Below are positions 50,659 through 56,866 of a stretch of 62,663 bases of DNA, one piece after another. Both the position numbers and the translations under genes were made by a program. The stretch lies in NCBI GenBank assembly GCA_041653595.1, contig JBAZFB010000008.1:1-62663 (forward strand). The letters are read 5' to 3'. The notes beneath the pieces were generated by a model that did not search any database, was not told the DNA's origin, and saw nothing but the letters and a program-made list of their open reading frames with translations. Position 1 is the first letter of the stretch; each line of letters opens with the position of its first letter. The stretch is from Candidatus Omnitrophota bacterium. GTDB taxonomy: Bacteria > Omnitrophota > Gorgyraeia > Pluralincolimonadales > Pluralincolimonadaceae.

Positions 50659-51900
50659 TCAGTCCGGATAATAACCCGTGCCTACGACCCACCCGAAAGG
50701 CTTGAAGAGAAGGCTGTAACCCCTCTTTTTCAAGGGTTCGGTCGAGCCGGGCTTCGGGAACCAGTAATCGGTATAACCGCCGCCCGGCTGCTTGCCGTGC
50801 GTGATTATCTCGCGGACATAATTTACGCCGTTTATGTTCGCGTCAAGGCGGTTCTTGCCTTCGACTTTCTTGTCACCGTAGAGGACGACGTTTACGCCCG
50901 CGACCGTATCCGCCCAGAAATACCCCTTGCCGTCATCGCCGTAGCGCATCTCCCTCAACAGGTTCGCGCCCGTCTCCTTCGCCTGGTCAAGGGTCATGTT
51001 ATCCTTCTGCGCCCTGTCATATACCGCTTGGAGCATGCTGACCGCCTGCTGCGTGGCGTTCTTTATGACCGCATCCTGTTTATCGTTCGCCGAGAACTCT
51101 TTTGTCGCCACGACCAGCCGCCACTCGGTGCCGTGCAGGGCAATGGTAGTCCAGACCGCATTCTTCTTGACGGGTTTAGTGGTCCCCAGGTCGTAAAAAT
51201 TGTACGAGCCCGAACCTGTCCTGTCCGCGGTGATCTTCCTGCCGAGCGCTACCGTATCCGGGAACGGCTCATAAAGAGGGTCGCTGAATAACATCCTTCC
51301 TATCTGATCCGGGTCCGGATCATAAAGAATGCGCCCGTCCTTCTGCATCACCCATATATACAGGGACGGGTCATTCGTCACCGACTTTATCACAGCCGAA
51401 AGCAGGTCTTCCGGTTTAAAAAGCAGGCTGACCGACCCGGCGAAATCCCCCCTGGCAGAAAAGACCGGCTCTTCTATGTCCGAGGCGTAAAAACCCTCGA
51501 CCGATTTGAATGCGTCGCCCATGACAGGCCTGCGGGTCTTCTGGAGGCGGATCATCTGTTCCTGGCCGCTAACGTCGGAACCTTCGTATTTTTTGTATTC
51601 CCCCGGTTCGACGATCATCATTATCCCCTTGGCGTCGATGAACGAGCAATCGACCGTATAAGGGCTCGATGCGGAGAGGCCGGCGATCGCCTTGCGCGCG
51701 TAATCGCCTCCGGCGCCTTCCTTCTGGACCTCCCTGGCGGCGAAAGCGGCGTCGGAATCCATTTTAGCGAGAGTATCGTTTATCTTGTCCTGGAGTTTCA
51801 GGATGATATTCAGTGAAACGTCATTCTCTGCGGCCTGCGCGGCGGCAACAGTGAGAATAAAGGCAAGGATAAAACTATATATCGATATCTTCTTTTTCAT
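50659..51900 (-). CDS. Periplasmic tandem Cache-domain protein with no output domain
   Basis: 413 aa with a signal peptide. The C-terminal ..GKGYFWADTVAGVNVVLYGDKKVEGKN..GGGYTDYWFPKPG..GWVVGTGYY matches sCache_2-type sequence. No TM or transmitter domain follows. Confidence 0.65.
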   Translation of the reverse strand: MKKKISIYSFILAFILTVAAAQAAENDVSLNIILKLQDKINDTLAKMDSDAAFAAREVQKEGAGGDYARKAIAGLSASSPYTVDCSFIDAKGIMMIVEPGEYKKYEGSDVSGQEQMIRLQKTRRPVMGDAFKSVEGFYASDIEEPVFSARGDFAGSVSLLFKPEDLLSAVIKSVTNDPSLYIWVMQKDGRILYDPDPDQIGRMLFSDPLYEPFPDTVALGRKITADRTGSGSYNFYDLGTTKPVKKNAVWTTIALHGTEWRLVVATKEFSANDKQDAVIKNATQQAVSMLQAVYDRAQKDNMTLDQAKETGANLLREMRYGDDGKGYFWADTVAGVNVVLYGDKKVEGKNRLDANINGVNYVREIITHGKQPGGGYTDYWFPKPGSTEPLKKRGYSLLFKPFGWVVGTGYYPD

Positions 51901-51972
51901 TTTTTCCTCCGGGATAAAAGAAGTTTACCACCGTCGAAATGGATAGTCAATGGTAGAGCGGGATCTCTACCG

Positions 51973-52341
51973 CTAATAAGTGCCCGACCTCTTCATGTGC
52001 TCGTCAGAGATGCCGAAATGATGCGCGAACTCGTGGATGACCGTGCGCCTGACCGCCTCTTTTATGTCGTCATCCGTGCGGCAGACGCGCTCGATGTTAT
52101 TTTTGAATATCGTTATCTTGTCGGGAAGGACATTGCCGTAATAATGCATCCTTTTGGAGAGCGGCACGCCCTGGTAGAGCCCCATCAGGTAACCGTCTTC
52201 GTTCGAACCACCGGCCTTTTTGTGCTCCGCAGTTGGTTCATCCTCGATGACGACGCCGACATTCTCGAGTTTCTGTTTTATGTCTTCGGGCAGGCTCTCG
52301 ACCGCCGCGACGACAAGGGCCTCGAAGGATCTCGCGTCCAT
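51973..52341 (-). CDS. Minimal zincin metallopeptidase-family protein (DUF1025-like)
   Basis: 122 aa with HEFAHHFG near the C-terminus. Confidence 0.7.
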   Translation of the reverse strand: MDARSFEALVVAAVESLPEDIKQKLENVGVVIEDEPTAEHKKAGGSNEDGYLMGLYQGVPLSKRMHYYGNVLPDKITIFKNNIERVCRTDDDIKEAVRRTVIHEFAHHFGISDEHMKRSGTY

Positions 52342-52346
52342 ATCGC

Positions 52347-52754
52347 TTATTTAGCGCTCTCTTTTTGGCTCATTGCCTTCAATTCATCCAATTCTTTCTT
52401 AAGCTCGTTGATCGATTTTGCCGTCTCCTTCGCGAGCTCGTTGAGCGCTTCGGCCAGCTTATCGAGGCGCGCCTCCAATTCGTCAAATCTCCTCGCCGTA
52501 TACGAATCCAAGCCCTCGGTGACGACCGTCCCGTCCATTTTGTAGACCCTCATCCCTTGCGGCACCATCAGGTCCATCCCGCCGATCGTTATCGTCTGCA
52601 TTCCGGGGTTGCCGGACGGCGCGCCGGTAATGGGCCGCGTCTTGTAAAAATCATATGTCCCTACATGCTTGGAATCATAGCTTTCCTGGGCATGAACATA
52701 TCCCGCCGGCAAGACCAAAAATAAAACCGCGGCGAACGCGTATATTGATCTCAT
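52347..52754 (-). CDS. Hypothetical secreted coiled-coil protein
   Basis: The start is moved to MRSIYAFAAVLFLVLPAGYVHA (signal peptide), giving an ATGA overlap with the upstream gene. C-terminal heptad-like ..LDKLAEALNELAKETAKSINELKKELDELK... Confidence 0.55.
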   Translation of the reverse strand: MRSIYAFAAVLFLVLPAGYVHAQESYDSKHVGTYDFYKTRPITGAPSGNPGMQTITIGGMDLMVPQGMRVYKMDGTVVTEGLDSYTARRFDELEARLDKLAEALNELAKETAKSINELKKELDELKAMSQKESAK

Positions 52755-53491
52755 TTGGCCTCTCCTTGAGGATGCCCCTGAGGGTGCATCTGCGGATGCA
52801 GTTTCTTCCATCTGTCGAGGAACAGGAAATAGACGCCCGGGCCGAAGGAAAGGAGCATCACCGAGATCCCCAACGCTATGCCTATGAAAGTCGAAAATCC
52901 GGCGCAGCAATAATCCCTGCCCCTTACGATGACATGGGTCGGAACGGCGATGAGTAATTCAAGCGCGCTGCCGGCGAAAAGAGTCCGGCACTGTTTTTCA
53001 ATGAAGGCTTTCGGGTCGAGCCTCTGGCTCCACCTGTAGAAAATGAGCCCCCATATCAGCCATATGAGCAGGAAACTTGCCATTGTACAGCGCATGAGTA
53101 TCTTTTCAAATAACGGATTTTTCCCCGGCTCGACAGCCATCAACGACATCATGCCAACGGTTATCTCGGGCTGCCTGCTCAGCGTTTCGACGATCGCTCC
53201 CACGGCCGCCCACACCATAAAAGCCGCCAAAAATCCCGAGGCAACGACTGTAAAAATTATGGGGCCCTTTGTGACCAGCCGCTTGCTCTCCACTCTTACC
53301 GGTATTCCCAATAACGCCGCCTGACACACCAGCATTATTAGCAGCAAGACCCAATATCTCCACGACACTAATGCCGCTACCGCGTCGCTTAATCGCAGCT
53401 GCAGACGAAGGGCTATCGCGATGGTGGGGACGGTCAGGACGACCAGGATAGCGCCGTATAACAGGATTATGATTATCGCGAAGCGTTTCAT
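52751..53491 (-). CDS. Hypothetical polytopic membrane protein with a C-terminal HPQ repeat
   Basis: 246 aa with about 6 TM segments. The tail is ..KKLHPQMHPQGHPQGEAK. There is a 4-nt overlap with the upstream SemiSWEET gene. Confidence 0.6.
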   Translation of the reverse strand: MKRFAIIIILLYGAILVVLTVPTIAIALRLQLRLSDAVAALVSWRYWVLLLIMLVCQAALLGIPVRVESKRLVTKGPIIFTVVASGFLAAFMVWAAVGAIVETLSRQPEITVGMMSLMAVEPGKNPLFEKILMRCTMASFLLIWLIWGLIFYRWSQRLDPKAFIEKQCRTLFAGSALELLIAVPTHVIVRGRDYCCAGFSTFIGIALGISVMLLSFGPGVYFLFLDRWKKLHPQMHPQGHPQGEAK

Positions 53492-53754
53492 GCTTTGCCT
53501 CCCCTATTTTTGACCATCATCGCCAGGATATATACGCACGAAACAATTGTCACCGCGTTTGCAAATATTATCGGCAGATTATTTATCATAATACCATAAA
53601 TCAGCCACAAGAGTATGCCTATAGAAAAGAGGACATACATCGGCATCGACAGGTCGCGTGTATGGTGTGTCTTGTAGACCTTATACGCCTGCGGGAAGAA
53701 CGCGATCGTCGTGCATGCGGCGGCGAGGAGGCCGAGAAGGGTAATTCGGTCCAT
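53488..53754 (-). CDS. SemiSWEET (PQ-loop) sugar transporter
   Basis: 88 aa with three TM helices and the ..FFPQAYKVYKT.. PQ motif. Confidence 0.8.
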   Translation of the reverse strand: MDRITLLGLLAAACTTIAFFPQAYKVYKTHHTRDLSMPMYVLFSIGILLWLIYGIMINNLPIIFANAVTIVSCVYILAMMVKNRGGKA

Positions 53755-53868
53755 GTTATGCCTTTAGTGCCATTCTATTTTGTGGTGCCGTACAATTGAA
53801 GTAGGGGTGGCTCTTTGCGCCCGTCCACCAATGTCTTATGTCGGAAGATAAAACGGCTATATGTTCCA

Positions 53869-54894
53869 TTAATTTTTTGCCATTATTTTGTTCACATATT
53901 CTATAAAACCGATTGGAAGATACTTTACTGCCCCAAATAAGCTTTTATAATTATTGATAGCATAGCTACCCTTTGGTTGATCTACAAATGTTACTTTTGG
54001 TTTTCTTGTCGACTCATTGAACCCATTCAATAATAAACACCTAATTTCTACATCTGCTTCTGGCAGAGAATACCCAATAAAAATAATCTCATTTGCCTCT
54101 GATATGCGTTCTTTTGACATGGCCCACGTTTCTTTTAAGATCCTATTTTCGTAAATTTTAAATTTTGTTGGCGTTACTATCAATGGTTCGTATTCACTGG
54201 TACAATTCTCGTTTGAACAGCATAATCTATATTCACTCCCAAGATATTTTGCTACACCTTTCTCGCCTACCGTTATATCTATCTCATCGCACCTTGGGCA
54301 ATATAACCAGTTAAGCGAACCATGAATTTTTAAAAGCTTGATATCTCCCCTGTTTATTTCAAACATGGGGGAATGCCCAGCTCTCATTGTGCCATCAGAC
54401 CAAGTTACTGGAAATATGTTTTTTCTCAATCTAAATCCATAATTAATATTGCGCCGTCTCGCAAGAGCATTGTCAATAACGATGTCGTAATTAGTTGAAA
54501 CAATGACGTCTTCTTTATTGACATTCTCAGCAAATTTATCCGTAACGTCCGAATCAAGGTTTTCCAAGGATTCTTTTAAAACGGCGCAAATTATCTTTAT
54601 AATATTATTCCTGACTTTGATTAATCCATCATAATTATATAATCTTATAGTAATCAATTTAGTACGTAAATTATAATCTATAAAACTCAGTATATCTTCA
54701 AGCCTTGGCTTTGTACTTTTATTTCTATGAAATATCCTATCTATAAATAATTTTGTATCTTCAATTTCGCTTTTTACGTCAGGGTAATGTGTACTATTAT
54801 TAAGCGCCGTATTAAGTAAATTTTCATTTAATGGCGCTTTTAATGAAACTGCTACTGTCGCACCCGCTCCTAAAAAATATACTTTCTTGTCCAT
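53869..54894 (-). CDS. SIR2-family (SIR2_2-like) NAD+-utilising protein with a sirtuin-type Zn ribbon; standalone
   Basis: 341 aa in an AT-rich islet. Motifs in SIR2 order: VYFLGAGATVA (GAG loop), VSTN135YDIVID, KIH191GS, Zn ribbon C199PRC202..C225C226SNENC231, and IFIGYSLPEADV. Confidence 0.75.
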   Translation of the reverse strand: MDKKVYFLGAGATVAVSLKAPLNENLLNTALNNSTHYPDVKSEIEDTKLFIDRIFHRNKSTKPRLEDILSFIDYNLRTKLITIRLYNYDGLIKVRNNIIKIICAVLKESLENLDSDVTDKFAENVNKEDVIVSTNYDIVIDNALARRRNINYGFRLRKNIFPVTWSDGTMRAGHSPMFEINRGDIKLLKIHGSLNWLYCPRCDEIDITVGEKGVAKYLGSEYRLCCSNENCTSEYEPLIVTPTKFKIYENRILKETWAMSKERISEANEIIFIGYSLPEADVEIRCLLLNGFNESTRKPKVTFVDQPKGSYAINNYKSLFGAVKYLPIGFIEYVNKIMAKN

Positions 54895-54959
54895 TCTATC
54901 TTTCTGCTAATATTTAATACCGCCGTATGACTAAAGTGGGGCAGGCATGGTAACATTAG

Positions 54960-56186
54960 CTAAAATTTTTTATCTTTAATCCATTCGTCAATCTTAGATA
55001 AAGCTTCTTCACCAGTCTTAAATGTCGGGGGATTAGCAATTGTATATTTTATAAGCCCCTCTTTTTCTGTGCCTTCTTCATATAAAACCAAGGATGGAAT
55101 TTCTTTTCCTTGTTGAGATCTTAAGTATGCGGCTATCGCTATTTCTTGATTAATCCAAACTGAGGTATCGTACAAGCCATTAAGTTTGTGCCTTTTATGT
55201 AAAATAGCTATAAAGCCTGCGCAATCGTTAAGATTCTTAAATATATGAGAATTTAAATCTCTTAGATCATTGGCTGTTTCAGCTAAAAAAACTCCTATAT
55301 TATTTTTTTCCAAAAGGATTTTTACTTGTCCTCCCAGCTCTATCTCTTCGGGAGTTAACTGTCCACAAGCAACAAAGATAAGTCCTTTGCGGTCTTTAGC
55401 TATTATATCGTCATGAACTTCTATTTCTGGATCTCTGGGATGCTCTTTCCTGCTTTCAGTTTCGTATTCACGTATAGAATCTGGTAATCTTACCTCAAGA
55501 AATGGCGCCTTACGCAATACCGCAATGTTTGAATAAATTGTTCTATCGATTTCTTTTAGGACGGGAGAAGAGATGTTTCCTTGCCTTTTTATGCTTTCTT
55601 TGTCTATAATATCGCAAACAATTGCGGCTTTTAAGAAGCCTAGACATTTTGTACTTGCATTATCTATTTCGAAAGAATTATATTGTTCATAATGCGCTAT
55701 CGAATTATCAATGTATTTTTTCTCTTCTTTAATTTCTTTAAGTTCTAATCCTTGTCCTTTATGTTTTTCAATTGTTCTACTCAAAAAACCTACTAATTTT
55801 TTGAGACCCCTGTATATGATTTCATATACTGATTTTTCTAATTCTACTTTGGCTCTGTAATCCCGTGGCCAATCTCTTCTCTCATTCAGTATCTCACTAG
55901 AAATATCGAGCTTTGGCAAAAACCCTTCCTTCCCCAATGAGACATAAACCCTGAATTTAATGTTGTTCTCTAGCGTATAAAAATAGTCTGTTTCTGCATG
56001 TTTTTTTATGGCGACTTCAAAATCATCAATTATGTCACGTCCAAAAGTAATCTTGATATCCTGATCTTGAGCTTTTACGTAGAAATCGTAACCCAAACTG
56101 CCTTCTGAATGCATACAGGCAACAATAAATTCGCTATCTAGTCCATTGATAAATTTCTCTATATATTTTATAGCGTTTTCATTCAT
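54960..56186 (-). CDS. Two-domain protein: unknown N-terminal domain (~265 aa) plus a TIR-like / nucleoside-deoxyribosyltransferase-like flavodoxin-fold C-terminus
   Basis: 408 aa, AT-rich. The C-terminus reads ..GLIFVACGQLTPEE..GVFLAE..CAGFIAILHKR..TSVWINQE348IAIAAY.., which follows the TIR pattern betaA (xFISY-like), betaB, betaC and SxWxxxExxxA. Nothing is recognisable in residues 1-265. Confidence 0.55.
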   Translation of the reverse strand: MNENAIKYIEKFINGLDSEFIVACMHSEGSLGYDFYVKAQDQDIKITFGRDIIDDFEVAIKKHAETDYFYTLENNIKFRVYVSLGKEGFLPKLDISSEILNERRDWPRDYRAKVELEKSVYEIIYRGLKKLVGFLSRTIEKHKGQGLELKEIKEEKKYIDNSIAHYEQYNSFEIDNASTKCLGFLKAAIVCDIIDKESIKRQGNISSPVLKEIDRTIYSNIAVLRKAPFLEVRLPDSIREYETESRKEHPRDPEIEVHDDIIAKDRKGLIFVACGQLTPEEIELGGQVKILLEKNNIGVFLAETANDLRDLNSHIFKNLNDCAGFIAILHKRHKLNGLYDTSVWINQEIAIAAYLRSQQGKEIPSLVLYEEGTEKEGLIKYTIANPPTFKTGEEALSKIDEWIKDKKF

Positions 56187-56205
56187 ATCTTATACCCAAA
56201 TAGTT

Positions 56206-56234
56206 ATTAATTGTTTTTATTTCCTTAATGTCTA
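56206..56234 (-). promoter_or_regulatory. Candidate promoter for the AT-rich two-gene islet
   Basis: Minus strand: TAGACA, 17 nt, ATTAAT. It lies between the tRNA-Asp terminator and the ATG at 56186. It is weak, and in AT-rich DNA such matches arise easily. Confidence 0.25.
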
Positions 56235-56245
56235 TACTATACCGC

Positions 56246-56279
56246 TCAAACAAAAAAGGCGTTAGTTTCCTAACGCCTT
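56246..56279 (-). terminator. Rho-independent terminator downstream of tRNA-Asp
   Basis: The minus-strand RNA is AAGGCGUUAG-GAAA-CUAACGCCUU, a perfect 10-bp stem. It is followed by UUUUGUUUG. Confidence 0.7.
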
Positions 56280-56333
56280 GGCTTCGTTCCTATTTGTGTA
56301 TTTTATCCATTTTTAAGACCTTCTGGTGAAAAA

Positions 56334-56412
56334 TGGCGGGCCCGACGAGATTTGAACTCGCGGTCTTCAGATCGACAATCTGACGTGCTAGACCAGACTG
56401 CACCACGGGCCC
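56334..56412 (-). tRNA. tRNA-Asp (anticodon GUC)
   Basis: Reverse complement GGGCCCG-TG-GTGC-AGTCTGGTCTA-GCAC-G-TCAGA-TTGTCGA-TCTGA-AGACC-GCGAG-TTCAAAT-CTCGT-CGGGCCC-G-CCA. Confidence 0.88.
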
Positions 56413-56430
56413 GTCGCAACACTTATTGTC

Positions 56431-56483
56431 AAAAAAAGGGGTGTTGCTCCCGTGGGGAAACCAAGGTTTCCCCACGTAACCCC
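56431..56483 (-). terminator. Strong hairpin plus U7 tract inside the tRNA-Val/tRNA-Asp spacer
   Basis: The minus-strand RNA is GGGGU-UA-CGUGGGGAAACC-UU-GGUUUCCCCACG-GGAGCAAC-ACCCC-UUUUUUU. The inner stem is a perfect 12-bp inverted repeat at 56451-56476. Confidence 0.55.
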
Positions 56484-56599
56484 TTCCTCAAAGCGCGGGA
56501 GACGGTCTCTCCCGCACCCACTTACGTTCTTCCAAACAAGTTGACTAAGGGGTCGAACGTGTCGCTTACAATCAATCAAGCAACAAATATTTTCATATA

Positions 56600-56676
56600 T
56601 GGTGGGCACTAGAGGACTTGAACCTCTGACCCTCTGCGTGTAAAGCAGATGCTCTAACCAACTGAGCTAAGCGCCC
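56600..56676 (-). tRNA. tRNA-Val (anticodon UAC)
   Basis: Reverse complement GGGCGCT-TA-GCTC-AGTTGGTTA-GAGC-A-TCTGC-TTTACAC-GCAGA-GGGTC-AGAGG-TTCAAGT-CCTCT-AGTGCCC-A-CCA. Confidence 0.92.
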
Positions 56677-56701
56677 TTATAAAGCAGAATGGTGAGTGTA
56701 T

Positions 56702-56730
56702 AAATTACCATAAAAACTAAGGGGTGTCAA
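56702..56730 (-). promoter_or_regulatory. Candidate promoter for tRNA-Val
   Basis: Minus strand: TTGACA, 17 nt, TAATTT. It lies about 25 nt upstream of the mature tRNA 5' end. Confidence 0.35.
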
Positions 56731-56866
56731 CTTCACAATTCTGCCTTATTCCCTTGAAATTTAACGTCTCGCGAAGAGCCGGTTTATGACGCAGTAGATA
56801 TCCTATTGAGGCGAGTAATAAAGTAAGGCCGAGCGAGACTTAAATTTCAAGAGATAAACGCCAATA

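Noticed and set aside
53773-53784. An imperfect 12-nt direct repeat flanking the islet (TTCTATTTTGTG at 53773-53784 and TTCCTATTTGTG at 56287-56298), considered as attL/attR.
   Set aside because: It is short, T-rich and contains an indel, so matches like this are expected by chance in AT-rich intergenic DNA. It is not reported as a feature.
53783-53800. A tRNA-Phe-like 3' fragment (TGGTGCCG..AATTGAA) on the left flank of the AT-rich islet. It could be an att remnant.
   Set aside because: Only 8+7 nt match, and the putative T-arm cannot base-pair (CTAC/GTAC). That is too short to distinguish from chance. It is mentioned in the island finding only as something to test.
56290-56612. Three small ORFs (56290-56475 minus, 56352-56612 plus, 56388-56609 minus) in the tRNA-Asp/tRNA-Val region.
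   Set aside because: They overlap the tRNA genes and GC-rich hairpins and have no SD or sensible composition. The region is better explained as structured RNA.
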